DNA of 64,000 nt from Lama glama (lineage: Eukaryota): the NCBI GenBank assembly GCA_028534125.1, contig CM052817.1:4714001-4778000 (forward strand), written 5' to 3'. A program made the translations under genes and the position numbers. Below, one piece after another: positions 38,536 through 50,908 of this stretch; the first letter of the stretch is position 1, and the number at the start of each line of letters is the position of its first letter. The notes beneath the pieces were generated by a model. The model was not told the DNA's origin and did not search any database. It worked only from the letters and a program-made list of their open reading frames with translations.

Positions 38536-39739
38536 GGTTTTCTTCTCCTTTTTGAAGGTGGGACCACTGAGGAGAATGGCCAACTGGGTCACCACTGGCC
38601 TGCTTTCCCAGAGGCTAAGAGCCAGGATAGGGCTGCCTCAGACATCAGTGGGAGGCCAGGGCATGACACTGAGGCAGTCTGGGAGAATCTGCAGCACATG
38701 GTGGCAAAGCAGGGGCAAAAAGGTCAGGGCTGGGGAACACTGTCTTGAATTTCTCCAGTGGTCCAGACCCTACTTTCCTGGAGATCAGTTTGCTTTTTAG
38801 AAACAGCCCAAAGGCAGCTGGAACAAATGCGCAGGCTAATGGAGGAAACTGCAAATGGGAGAGCGGCCCCGCCTTCCCTCTGCAGATGATGACTCTTCCT
38901 GCCTCCACCTGCCCCTCCTGGCGAGGTGCTCCCGGCTCTGAATCAGTGCTCTCCTCTCCTGTGTCCGCCCTGGGGGCTGCTGTCGCTGCCACGGCCTTGC
39001 TGCATCCCTGTGCTGGCAACCTCCCAGTGCACAGACCCGGTCCACATCACCCTCCAGATGCTGGAGTGCACCTGACTACTCTGAAGTTCCTCCAGGCACC
39101 TCACATTCAAACGCAGCCCTCCCACCACCCCCGACGCCCGCTGCTCCTGCGGTGTCCCCTACACAGAGAACATCCCTGGGATTCACTCCAGTGCACCACC
39201 CAGAAGCCTGGAGGCGACCTTATCCCCTCCTTCACGCCCATTCTCCATCTCCGAGTCCTGCCCATCTGATCTTGTAATCATAAAGCAGTGACCTCCATGG
39301 ATGGAACTACCCCAACTCTGGATCCTTCTGGATCCTTCTAGAGAGGGGTTTCAGAAAGATCATCAACAGTGAAAGCCTTACTGGGGTCTGTATTCAGCAT
39401 CCCAAGAGGACTCTCTGAACTGAACAGACCCACTCGTCTGTGCACCCTCTGGTGTTCACACGGACCTGGGCCTTTCTCACCACCAGCATCAACCTGGGCG
39501 GGTCACCCAGCCTCTTTCCCAGCCCGTTTCCTCAACTCTAAAATGAGAGTAAATAATTGTGCCGACTTCATGCTTTATAATTAAATAATAATAAGGATTA
39601 AATAAGGTTATGGGTAGAATGCCTGGCATAATGTAAATACTAAAAAGTATTGTTTCTACCATTATTCATTGCCAAACTTCGCTCATGTAACTTAGTAAGT
39701 TAAAGATGAATGACACCTTTATGATGCTGTGGAGTCTGG

Positions 39740-41400
39740 GGAGATGATGACATAGTCTTTGAATCTCCACAATCCACACGTTGAAAACTGGCAGAGCAGA
39801 TACATGGCTAAACCAAAACTCACGGGTGACACTCACTACAAAACCAAGTCATCCCCCCAAATCCCAAAATATAAGCAGGTGGGGGCAAATCAGCAACAGT
39901 GACAAGCCCTCCATGGCGGTGATTTCTGTACAGAAGGAAATAGGAAAGACAGGGCAGCATGTGCTGGACCAGAGGACCAAGAACTGCGAGACAGCCAGCG
40001 GGCATTAACTGGGAAGCCAGCTGGCCAACCTGAGAACGGCAGCTGGGACCAGGAAGCACGTGTCCAGGCCCACCCCAGGCGAGAGGAAAGGGCCCTTGGT
40101 GAGCCCTGCAGGGGCAGGAGAATCTGTGACACAAAATCCCTTCCATCAACCCAGCTGGTGCTTCCTTCTAGGAAAGATTCCCAGGAGAGACTGTTGAGAG
40201 TGAAACCAAAATTGAGCAAGACGGGGACCCTACAGGCCAAAGAAAGAGGCGGTCCAGAGAGAAGCGGGCGAGTGGAACTGGGCCAGGAGCTCCCAGGTAG
40301 CAAATTGCCTTGGGTTGTGACCCTTCACATAAAGAACAGAAGAGGCAAGTCTATTAAGTTGGCAAAGCCACCCCAAATGACACCATCTTCCAAAGGTTTA
40401 GGAAAACTAATATTGCATGAAAATGAACAACAGCAAAGTTCCAGGAAAGTATCAAAGATAAAGGAGAAGAAAAGAGCAGAGTAACAGTGTACAATGAAAG
40501 TGCATCAGAAAAGACAGTGCGGTGGACTGTTTTGTTAACAGCTCCCCAGTGGATCAGGCCGACTGATATCCATGCCCAGTGCAGTCCCCTCCCACATGGT
40601 CCCTGGTCTTCATCATGTGACTTGCTTTGGCCAATTAGACATCAGGAAAGGTGAAGCAAGCAGGGGCTTGATAAGCTTGTAGGAGCTGGGTTCTCCCTGA
40701 AACTTCTGACACCATGTGAGCAAACCCACTGTGGGCCCCTTGAGGATGAAGGACCACACAGAGAGAGGGGCCCGCTCATCACAGCGGTCCTGGCTGGTCC
40801 AGCAGCTGCATGCGCAGGCCCAGCCAAACCCAGCAGAAGAACCGCTCTGTCAAGCGGCAGAACTGTGATGAATAATAGATTGCTATTGTTCTAAGCCACT
40901 AGGTTTTGATTTGGTTTGTTACGTAGCAACTGATAACTCATACGTTAAGAATTAGTAACTAATAGAGACATTAAGAAAATTATGCACGACATGAAAGAAT
41001 ACATACATTGTAATTTAAAAATGTAGAAATATGGCCAGAGAAACAAAGGTAAAATTATTTCAGTAATAAATACTTTGCTAGAAAGCACGCAAAGCAAATA
41101 AACACAACAGATAACGCTTTAAAATAAAGAGAAGGAAAAAACTGCGAAAAATTTAAACAGATGAAGAAAGAGATATGGAAGATTTGAAAATGGCAAGTAC
41201 TGAAGATGGGCAAAGAAGATCCAACATTCAGGTAGTAGGCATCCTTAACAAAGAAAACTACAGTAAGGGGACAGACTGTATGCTAAAAATGACATTTTCA
41301 TCAAAAGTTCTAAAGAGAAACAACCTGAAACTACACATTGGAGGATCACTGTGTACCTAAGATATAAATCCCAAATGGCCAACACCAACATTACATTCCC
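39740..41400 (+). mobile_element. Ancient L1/HAL1-type 5' region and ORF1 remnant, interrupted by an MLT1 LTR
   Basis: ORF 41175..41360 contains EDGQRRSNIQVVGI, resembling the L1 ORF1p ED-x-x-RR-x-NI-x-x-x-G motif; A-rich composition. The 5' boundary is uncertain. Confidence 0.55.
40518..40945 (+). mobile_element. Old MLT1 (F/G/H-like) LTR
   Basis: catgtgacttgctttggccaat...ttgttctaagccactaggttttgatttggtttgttacgtagcaactgataact. Confidence 0.75.
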
Positions 41401-41679
41401 ACAACACTATAAGACTTTAAAGAATAAGGGTTTATTGTTTGTTTGTTTTTTTCCTAAGTTGGAGCCAACTTTTCTGGCTGGGTAGGAGTCCTCTAGAAAA
41501 CACAGGAGAAGGTCTTCCTGGCAGGGGAGACAGACTGCGTGAAGGTCAAAGGTGTGAGAGAGCATGGTACAGACAGGGCATGGCTGGAACCAGGTGAAGT
41601 GGTGAGACTGGGTGAGTGAGGGGTAGGACGATAAAGCAGAAGAGGAATGCTGAGGCCTGAGGGGTCCTGGAACACTCAC

Positions 41680-41769
41680 CCATGTAGGGCTTGGTCCCGG
41701 CCATGGAGGAAGCCTTTTCTGCTCCTTTCACGATCGTTGCTATGTTGAAGTCTGTGATGTGAACGTGCC
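41680..41769 (-). CDS. STK32B: STK32B coding exon (90 nt, probably exon 6): (G)[29 protein letters not shown](A)
   Basis: ctatctccAG|GG CAC GTT...TAC ATG G|GTgagt. Carries the YANK-family DFN motif and the activation segment. Confidence 0.97.
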
Positions 41770-41934
41770 CTGGAGATAGAGCAGAAACAGCAGTTAGCAG
41801 AGCTGCAGGCAGATGGGTTACTTTCTTGCCAGATTTAAAGCTGTGGTCTGTGAGGGTGGGTACAGGACGAAAATACCGAAAATACCGCAGCTTCTATTTA
41901 CACTAGCATGTTATCAGATACTTTGAAAGTATCT

Positions 41935-42420
41935 ATTTTTGGCAGCATCATTCACAGTAGCCAAGTGACAGAGGCAACCTAAATGTCTATCAACAGACGA
42001 ACAGACAAAGAAAATGTGGTACGTATATACAATGGAGTATTACTCAGCCACGAGAAAGGCCATCCTGCCATCTGGGACAAAGTGGATGGACCCCGAGGGC
42101 ATTATGCTATGTGAGGTAAGTCAGACAGAGAAAGAGGAAGACTGCATGGTATCACTTCTACGTGGAGTCTCAAAAACCGTCAAACTCAGAGAAACAGAGA
42201 GCAGAAAAGTGGTTGCAGCTGGGGCTGGGGGTGGGGAAGTAGAAAAAGGCTGGTAAAAGGCAACAAACTTCCAGCTCTCAGATGAAGAAGGTTCGAGAAG
42301 CTAACGTAAAACATGCTGACTATACTTGATAACACTGTATTGTATCATTAAAATTTGCTAAGACAGTAGAACTTAAATATTCTTACCCTCCAAAAAAATA
42401 TACATACATATGTCAGATGA
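41935..42420 (+). mobile_element. L1MA/MB-like 3' fragment
   Basis: gcagcatcattcacagtagccaag...aatgtggtacgtatatacaatggagtattactcagcc...aaaatttgctaagacagtagaacttaaatattct. Confidence 0.85.
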
Positions 42421-42597
42421 AGAATACCTAATTTATGTGCAAATTTTATAATGTAAATTTTTGGTGGTACATGCATGTTATTAATAAACAAATAGACTTA
42501 CGTTGAGGACATAATAAAATGTTCATTGATTATAGTTTAGAGGCACTGGCCCAGAGATTTAAAAAAGCTTCTGATAAATAAAGACAGGTGAGTCCAG

Positions 42598-42718
42598 TGA
42601 GGGAGGGTATAGCCCAGTGGTGGAGCACGTGCTTAGCCTGCACCAGGTCCCGGGCTCAGTCCCCAGTACCTCCATTATAAATAAGTAAATAAGAACCTAA
42701 TTCCTCCCGGCCCGCAAA
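42598..42718 (+). mobile_element. tRNA(Ala)-derived camelid SINE (vic-1-like) with an 18-bp TSD
   Basis: gggagggtatagcccagtggtggagcacgtgcttagc...gtccccagtacctcc...aacctaattcctccc. TSD aaagacaggtgagtccag (42580-42597) / aaaggcaggcgagtccag (42719-42736). Confidence 0.88.
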
Positions 42719-43135
42719 AAAGGCAGGCGAGTCCAGAATCCCTGTCTTAGGGAAACACTGGGTTGGGGGAGGGGCATGAAGAGAGGGTTCTCATGCTCTG
42801 AGGACATCCTTGTTCTGTGGTCTGTCTGCTCTTCAGTGGGGGCCATAGTTCTGTCTCTGATAAACTGAGTGGTAAGTGGGCTTAGAGGTTGAGACCCATC
42901 TTTCACCCAGCCTAAAGTAATGGCTGCAGATGAGACATGGATAGACTGAGTGTACCTGTAACAGGTGCTCAAACAACCTGAGAGGGAAGGAAGAGGGACA
43001 AAGAAGGAAGGAGACAAGGAGATGTGAGGGTAAAAAGAAAAAGTGACACAGGAGGGTGAGAGGTGGGGGTGGGGTGAATCCCAAATGGGCGGTACTGGCT
43101 CTCTGGAGGAACTTATTTGATATAAAGAGAGCTCT

Positions 43136-43171
43136 GTCCATCAACAGATGAATGGATAAAGAAGGTGTGGA

Positions 43172-43224
<53 letters not shown>

Positions 43225-43578
43225 TATAATGGAATACTATTCTGCCATAAAAAAGAATGAAATGTTGTCACTTGCAGCAACATGGATGGACTTGGAGGGC
43301 ATTATGCTCAGTGAAAACAAGTCAGAAAGAGAAAACAAATACTGTATGATGTCACTTGTATGTGGAATCGAAAAAATACAACAAACTGGTGAATAAAACA
43401 AAAAAGCAGCAGACCAGATACAGAGAACAAACTAGGGGTTACCAGTGGGGAAAGGGAAGGTGAATGATACAGGGGATTTTTTTAAAAAGGTTATTACAGG
43501 ATTATATGAAATCATGTGTGTGTAACTTGAAAATTGTGAAGTACTATAGAATTAAAAAAATAAACAAAACAAAATAAA
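43136..43578 (+). mobile_element. L1 3' end with an internal (CATATA)n expansion
   Basis: gtccatcaacagatgaatggataaagaagg...; A-rich tail; TSD-like ataaagagagctct/ataaaaccagctct. Confidence 0.85.
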
Positions 43579-44194
43579 ATAAAACCAGCTCTCTGAGACC
43601 GCTGGATACCTGATATACATGCATTCACATTTCTTTCTGTTTGTCATCACATCATGTGAAAATGGTTGGATTTTCATCATATCTGAGAGCTGTGTTTGGG
43701 ATGGTAGGACTTAAATACATAGAGGGGTGGCATATACAAAACTGGAACATTGGGAGGCCCTGGAGGGCACCTCCAAGAGATGGACAGACCGCCGCTGGAG
43801 CAGGTGTAATGAGGCTGTCTGAGAGTCTCCCGGGAGAGGCTGCCTGATGTGATCAGTCACAGTGGACAGAAAAAGCACCAGCAGTTTCACGTGCAAATCT
43901 CAAATCTCAGGCTCAGCTGCCAGCACTAATGTGTGAGCGACCTGCTCTGCCAGGCGCTCTGTCCAGTGCCCCCAGGTGAGATGCAGCAGGAGGTACTCAG
44001 TGATGATTTGCAGAACCTTTTAGGTACTTGCAGATAAAGCTTATGTCATTGAGCCAGGACTTTGTTGGGAACTCTTTCTGGCTAGACACACAATGTCCCC
44101 AGGTAGCATCCCTACAAACACCCAGCCTGCTCTCGCCCCTGGGGCTGGGCTGAGCATCCCTCCCACTCAGGAACCCGTGGTCCTGTCCGCAGAG

Positions 44195-44440
44195 AGGCAG
44201 TGCAGCGCAGTAGCTGGGTACACAGACGCTGAGTCACACTGCCTTGGTCTGGGTCTCAGCTTTGTCATGACCAGTTATGTGACCTTGGGCAAATAACTTA
44301 CTCTCTTTGGGCTTTGGGTTTCTCATCTGTAAAATGGGGATGATGACATAGCAAAATGCCCAACTCAGAGGGCTGTTGGGGAGTTAACACACCTGAAATG
44401 GTTAGAGCATATCAAAACACAGGCATTAAGAGGATTTCTT
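44195..44440 (+). mobile_element. MIR SINE
   Basis: ttatgtgaccttgggcaaataacttactctc...tctcatctgtaaaatggggatgat. Confidence 0.8.
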
Positions 44441-44552
44441 ACAAGCATTTGCTCTTAGCAGTACTGTCTTGCCAAGGTGTGCTTCCGATCTCATTTTCTT
44501 CAGCCAGGGCCAACCCACCCCTTCACCCTCTCATTTCCTCATTTCTTCGTCT

Positions 44553-44745
44553 CCTTTTTTATTTTTCAAATTGACGTAGTCAGTAACAATGTGTCAATTT
44601 CTGGTATACAGCAGTGTCCCATTCATATATATACACATATTTGTTTTCATGTTCTTTTTCATTAAAGGTTATTATAAGATATCGAATATAGTTCCCTGTG
44701 CTATACAGAAGAAATTTGTTTTTTATTTATTTTTATATCTGGTGG
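44553..44745 (-). mobile_element. Short L1 3' end (camelid/cetartiodactyl type)
   Basis: ttgacgtagtcagtaacaatgtgtcaatttctggtatacagc...aagatatcgaatatagttccctgtgctatacag. Confidence 0.8.
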
Positions 44746-44959
44746 TTTTAATAGGGGGAGAAATGACAGAAAACCAAATAAATGCCACATTCGAAGATTG
44801 CAGAACCCACTCCCAGTGGTGCTCCTGTGTTTGGGAACGTACAGGTGTGGGGTGCAGATGTGACTCAGATGTCCACCTACTCTCACATACATCACAGTCT
44901 GAAACAAGACTGCGAATTTATTGGAATGTGGTGTTTACTTGGTTTTTATCATTTCTCCC

Positions 44960-46980
44960 CCTCTTATAATTTTTAAAAATATTTGCAGTATGAAAGTAAT
45001 GCCAGCTCATTACAAGTCACAGAATCTAAATATGTTTGAATCTGTCCTTTCAACTCCCCAGCGTCTCCTCTCCTCGCCATATACACTCACTGATCCACTC
45101 AATCCTCCGTTATTTCTCCCTTTGCTTATGCAAACATACGTCCACATATGCTGGGACTCTGGTTTGTTCTTACAGTAAAGAGATTATATTCCATGGGTTA
45201 TTCTAAAAGTTACTTTTGCATTTAACCGTTTATCAAGGATATATTTCCAAATCAAGATACATAGGTCTACCTATGAGACCCACAATCCCTTATCCTGCAT
45301 TCTAAATCCAATTTTCTTCTGTTGTCATTCGCTTGGTGATAAACCTGACCGAGAACTTCTCTTCATAGCTCTGTTGGTTCTTAGGGTGAATATTCATCTT
45401 CTGCTATAGAAATATTTATATATTTGATTACAAGATGTTCCCTAAGCCTTGATACATGGTATACAGTATATATTACATTATACATGGTATACATTATTTA
45501 AAATATTATTATATATTATATATTAGACACTTTATTTTCAGATTATGATGATATAGTATTTAATGTAAGTATATTTTCAAATCTGAAAACTTCTGAGTTG
45601 TGAAATCATATCTGGCCCCAAGAGTTTCAGGTAAGAAACTGTGGCCCTGTACTCGCCAGTGTTGCACAGTGCGACTGTATCATATTTTATTCAACAATTC
45701 TCCTATTACAGTGCTCAGGCTGTTTCCAGCTTTGTTTGCTTGCTTGTCTTGTTCTTATAAAATATGCAGCAATAGCATTCGTGAACATATCTTTATATAC
45801 TGGTACTTTTATTTCCTGGATAAATTCCCAGAGGAGGGAGTGACAGATCAAAGTGTATGTATTTTATGTTTCTAAAAGTGATTATTGATGGTGCTGTAAA
45901 CAGAATGTAAGAGGGTTCTCTGCACTTTTACCAACACTATCTATAATTTTACTTGTTGATTGTTAGCTGATGGTAAGAAATGGTATCTCAGTGCTGATGA
46001 GGCCGCACAGTTTTCATGTGACTAGTATCCCTGTGAACTGTCTAGAATCCTGGTCAGTTTTCAATCAGAGCTCCTTGTCTATTCAGTACATTTGCCCTGT
46101 TCTCTGCTCCATCTCTGGCAGATGCAGTCTCCTAGCTTACTGTCTGTTCTCTGACTTTGTCTGTAGGATCTCTCCCATACGAAAGTTTAAAAAATTCAAA
46201 CAATGTATTATGTTCATAGTTCCCAAGTATTATTTTTCTTAAAACTTTCCAGTTTCCAGAAACCTATTTCACCTCCAAGATTTTACATATTCTTCGATAT
46301 TTTCTTCTAATATGTATATAATTTGTCTTTTATACTTAAATCTTTCAATCATATTTTTATATACGGTATGATAGAGCATTCTGATTTTATTTCTTCCAAA
46401 AAGATAGCCATTTGTCTCAACATTTATTGAAAAAGTCATCCTTTCTCAATAACTGTGATGTGATTTTCACTTTACATGAAGTCACACGTACATGTGGATC
46501 TGTTTATAGAGTGTCTCTTCTGTTCCATTGCCCTATGATTTATTGCTGGACCAGAATTATATTCATTTCACTTAATAGATGTGTAGTCCATTATAATATT
46601 TGATGATAGTTTTTTCTTCCAGTGTTTTCTTTGTGACTCTCAGATATTTATTCGTTGGAGATGAATTCTGTCCAGCTTTAGGAAATACTTCCATTAAGAT
46701 TCTGATAGGAATTAACATTGTTACGCATCTGTGTGGGAAGTGTGGACATGCAATCCACCCAGGGTCATGCTCTGCCTTTCATTTAATCCTTGCTTTATTC
46801 CTTCAGTGTATGTTTGGTGTTCTCTTCATTTAGACCTTGTAAATCCCTGGCTAAGTTTCTCCCTAGGTATTATATAGTTTTGGTCACCTTTTTTTTTTCT
46901 ATCTAGCTGTTTTTACTATAATAAAAAGTTATTAAGTTTTGCTTATTTATCTCTGATTTGACTGTCTATTAATCTTCCAT
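44960..46980 (-). mobile_element. Highly decayed L1ME-like fragments
   Basis: T-rich; contains tagccatttgtctcaacatttattgaaaaagtcatcctttctc and tctcttctgttccattg. Confidence 0.6.
45272..45651 (-). mobile_element. MER46C-like Tigger element nested in L1ME
   Basis: Ends cccacaatcccttatcc ... ctggccccaagagtttcaggtaagaaactgtggccctgta form imperfect TIRs. Confidence 0.6.
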
Positions 46981-46984
46981 AGCA

Positions 46985-47320
46985 GAAGCTGTTAGTTATC
47001 TCCCAATATCTCATCTCCCCTTCTCAGACAGTAAATAAGATTTTTATCTAAGTTCATGGCTAAAGACTACATTTCCCAGCCTCCCTTGCAGCTGGCTATG
47101 GTCATATGACCAGGTTCTGACCAATGGGATATGAGCGGAATGATACCTACAACTTCCTGGCTACTTCCTTAAAGGGCATGAGAATTCCCTCCTTCCCCCA
47201 CCCCTCCCCCACTCTGTTGCCTGTTATGTGGACTTGGGGGGATATTTTAGGCCACACAGATGAGAAGCAACAAAACAGAAGGAGCCTGGGCCACAGTAAA
47301 TGTCCATGAGGAGAAACTGG
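46985..47320 (+). mobile_element. Old MLT1 (J-like) LTR fragment
   Basis: actacatttcccagcctcccttgcagctggctatggtcatatgaccaggttctgaccaatgggatatgagcggaa. Confidence 0.7.
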
Positions 47321-47945
47321 GCTTTAAGAGAAAAAAAACTTGTTTTGAAAAAATTTTTTTTGAATCTTTGAAAAGCAGTTAAAGCCTGTCTCTTAATTTT
47401 TACAACCCCTCTTAATTTGGATGGCTCTTTCAGTTGAGCCTTTCAGCATTTCTGGGCTTAGGAGAACGTCATGTGCATACAATGATGGTGCCCTTGCCCC
47501 AGCTGAGAGGCTTAGAGCAAAGTGGTTAGAAACATCGCCTTTAGGGTCAGATTGTCCTGGGACAAACAGCTGTGCTACTGCGGAGGCCATTTGCTGCTTG
47601 TGGCCACTCAGATTCCCTTATCTTAGCAACTACTCATCTCGGCACCTCTGGCTTTGGGCTGGGGCACGTGGCTCCAGCTGGAGCCAGCAAGGCTAACCTC
47701 ACCCCTTGGCTCTAACAGTTGGCTCAGGTTTGGGCATACAACCCAACTGGGACCAACGAAAACTGGGGAGATGATTTTCCAGGGGGGTTAGGAAGTGAAG
47801 AGTTTTCTTTCTTTTTCCCCCTGGGAGCTACCTGAAGCGATATTCTCTGCCTTTGGCCGGTGTGATGTGGGGTATGACCCCCCAGCACTGCAGAAGGCAC
47901 TGGCTACCACAAAGAAAGGCAACCTCAAGATGAAGGCTATCCTAG

Positions 47946-48411
47946 TGTTACAGAAACGACAGGCCAGCCAAGAAACAAGCACCACTCAGAGGGTTGGAGT
48001 ACTCAGATATATTACGCGGGCGGGCTCAGAGGGGCTTCTGCTCCGAAGCTCTGAGCACCTCCAAGACGTGCACATGAGGTTTTATAGGGTAAAGTACAGG
48101 CTTGGGGTATTTGGCCAATATGCATGGAACAGCTTTAGCAGCATCATTATCACGAAAAAGTGGAGGCAGGGAGACAGCAAACCAACATTCCAAAGCCAGA
48201 TACATATCTTTGAAAATCCAGCTGGCTAGCAAAATATATGAACAGCAAACCAACACTAATTAACCTAGATTTACAAGTTAGTCCAGCAGAACTCAGATCA
48301 GTATTCCGATACTTACATTTGTGAGTTATCTTGTTAGCCCAGCCCAGTCTCTCCTTCACATTCCTAGACTTGTGAGTTATCTTGTTAGACCAGCCCGGCT
48401 TTTCCTTCACA
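47946..48411 (-). mobile_element. ERV solo LTR with a CTAG TSD, nested in an older MLT1K-like element (~47600-48520)
   Basis: TG...CA ends (tgttacag...ccttcaca) flanked by CTAG at 47942-47945 and 48412-48415; internal 42-bp direct repeat. Orientation is tentative. Confidence 0.75.
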
Positions 48412-48689
48412 CTAGGATAAGGCTGACACTGGTGCCGAAGCCTGATCAAACCCTGTCTGAAGCCGCAGTCTGCTGGGCCAAAGCAATTCAAGCTGAGAAA
48501 CACCCTGTATTGCTTGGGAGTATTTGGGGTGGGCTCCCTGCTCCTTGCCACACACCACTGGTGTCCTGGTTGATGCAGCCACTTACTATGGGATTTGGAC
48601 AGTTGTTTCACTCTATAAACCTCTGATTCTTCTGATGGAGAATGGAGCTAATATTAGTAAGTACCTTGTAGGGTGGTTGTCAGCATTAA

Positions 48690-48970
48690 ACAGTGTGGTT
48701 AGGGACTGAGGATGTGACCTGTGAGCAAAGACCTGAAGAAGAGAGGCAGCAAGCGGTGGGGAGGACTGTGGACGACGGCAGAGGGAGCCGGTGGGGGGAT
48801 GGGGGGAGGACAGCGGTCCTGCCAAGGACCAGTCAGGCGCCGGGCAGACGGAGGAAGAGGGAAAGGGGCTCAGATGGCTTTTACTCCAATGAGAGGGTTC
48901 TGAGAAGGACAGGCATGACCCGGCTCACTTTAGAGTATCACTTTGGCTTGTGAATGGATGGTCGGAGCAA
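48690..48970 (-). mobile_element. L2 fragment
   Basis: gatgtgacctgtgagcaaagacctgaag...ggcttttactccaatgagagggttctgagaaggacaggcatgacccggctcactttag. Confidence 0.6.
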
Positions 48971-49064
48971 GGCACAGAAAGTGATAACTGGGGAGAAAAA
49001 AATGCACCCCCCCCCCACTCCCGTGTAAGCCGCTGCTGCTGCGGCTGCATAACTGGTACAGGAC

Positions 49065-49768
49065 TGGTGCCGAAGATCACGCTGAGCCTTGAAGCACTCT
49101 TGTCAGGAAGGTATAACTCCCACCACCTCCCTTTTCTTTTTTAACAGAAGAGTAGCCTGAAGTTCCAGAGACTGAGACAGGAGAGCAGAGGGCAGGGCAC
49201 AACCATTAGAAGAATGACACAGCCATTAGCACCAAGACGGGAAGATTCAACTCCCAGGAGACCTTGAACTTCAATATACGCTCATTGTAATACAATAGCT
49301 GCCAAATGGTACTCCCATGGGCGCCAGGACAATTTTAAGGCTGGCCATAAAAGGTAAAAAGGTGGGCGATGGCCTAATTCCTGGGAATCCCAGCCCCTTC
49401 CCCACTTGTTAGCATGTGAAATTAGCGAGCCCATAAAAACTGTTGGCTCCCTCTTCTGAGTGAGGACACTGTCTACGGAGTGTGTATCTATTAAGCACCC
49501 ATCCCCGACACCTCCTGGCCTTTCTCTTGCCTTCTGAACCAGCCAGCACTCTGTCTATGGAGTGTGTATCTCTGAATAAATCTACCTTTACTCCACTGCA
49601 GCTCGCTCGTGAATTCTTTCCTGCTGGAAGCCAAGGACCCGCTTTTAGTCCTCCCCACAGTCCTCCCCACCGCTTGCTGCCTCTCTTCTTCAGGGGTGCT
49701 TCCCAGGGACTCAGCCGAGGCGTGGGACACGACCATTCTCTCACCCCACATTCATTTTTCCTGTATCA
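49065..49768 (+). mobile_element. ERV1-class solo LTR
   Basis: Runs tg...cctgtatca with flanks ggac/agac; cccataaaaac TATA-like box; aataaa followed by gctcgctcgtgaattctttcctg...aagccaaggaccc (R/U5); repeated ctgtcta(c/t)ggagtgtgtatct. Confidence 0.8.
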
Positions 49769-50531
49769 AGACCAGAGAGCCGTCCACCGTCAGCAGCGGA
49801 CACCTGGGGAGCTGTTTGTCTCCAGCCTCTCTGGGCTGGGCGCTTCCCTCCCCCTGCTGTCCCCTTCAGAGCTGAGTGGGACAGCCCGGCCCTCACCTCC
49901 TCCTGGCCCTCGGGGATGGAGGCTCTGGGGCAGCCCTGAAGCAGCCCCGCTGGTGGACACGCAGGCGTTCACGTACAGCAGGTGCGCCAGACAGCGGAGC
50001 CCCACTCCTGGGGTCTGTACCCGGCTAGCTGATGAGCTGTAACTTCCCGGTGTGCCTCCTTTAACGGTTGAGGCAAGATGTGGGAAAGTGAAAATTAGTG
50101 CCATACAAGGTCTCCGCTGAGTTCCTTCTCGGGAGAGTGGAAATTTACTACAAAACGTGCAACTACGAACTGAGTTTTCGGCGCTTTGCTTTCCATATCT
50201 GTAAAACGTTCAAAACTCAGAGGGAGAAGGTGCCCAGGATATTGCATGAGGCCCATTAGTAGAAGTTTTAAGGAGCGTATCAATAATCAATAATCATCCT
50301 CCCAGCCCTGCTGATACATCCTGCCCTCCAGCCGTGCTTCCCTCTTGCTCTGAACACATGGAAACTCATCACACCTCCAAGACTTTGGCACCATTTAGAA
50401 TGCTTCTCCCTCTCCTCTCACTGGCAGACTCCCGTTCATTCTTCAGAACCTGGCCGGAGAGTTATATTACTGATGAATGTACATCTAGCCTTTGCTTGCT
50501 TCCAGTGACAGGAAACTCACTACCACGATGG

Positions 50532-50908
50532 GTGTGTCCCAGCTGGCTCGGGCTGCCAAAACAGAATACCCTGGACTGGGTGGCGTAAACATCAAACATT
50601 TATTCCTCACAGTCCTGGAGGCTGGAAGTCCAAGATCAAGGTTCTAGCATGATCGGGTTCTTGGTGAGGGCCCTCTTCCTGGTTTACATGGCAGTCTCCT
50701 TACTGTATCCTCACATGGTGGAGAGAGAGAGAGAGATCTCTGGTCCTTCATCCCCTTACGGGGCAAAATCCCATCATGGGAGCTCCAACCTCATCACTTC
50801 TTCCAAACCTCTTGACTTCCTAAAGGCCCCAGCTCCAAGTACCATCACACTGGGGGCTAAGGCTTCAATATATCAATTTTGGTGGAGACACATTTAGTCC
50901 ATGGCAAC
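50532..50908 (-). mobile_element. MLT1A-like solo LTR
   Basis: acatttattcctcacagtcctggaggctggaagtccaagatcaagg...accatcacactgggggctaaggcttcaatatatcaattttgg. Confidence 0.85.

Noticed and set aside
39318..39339. Short tandem duplication ctggatcctt x2 (similar small ones near 36042-36085 and 41870-41888)
   Set aside because: Ordinary slippage-type duplications with no array structure.
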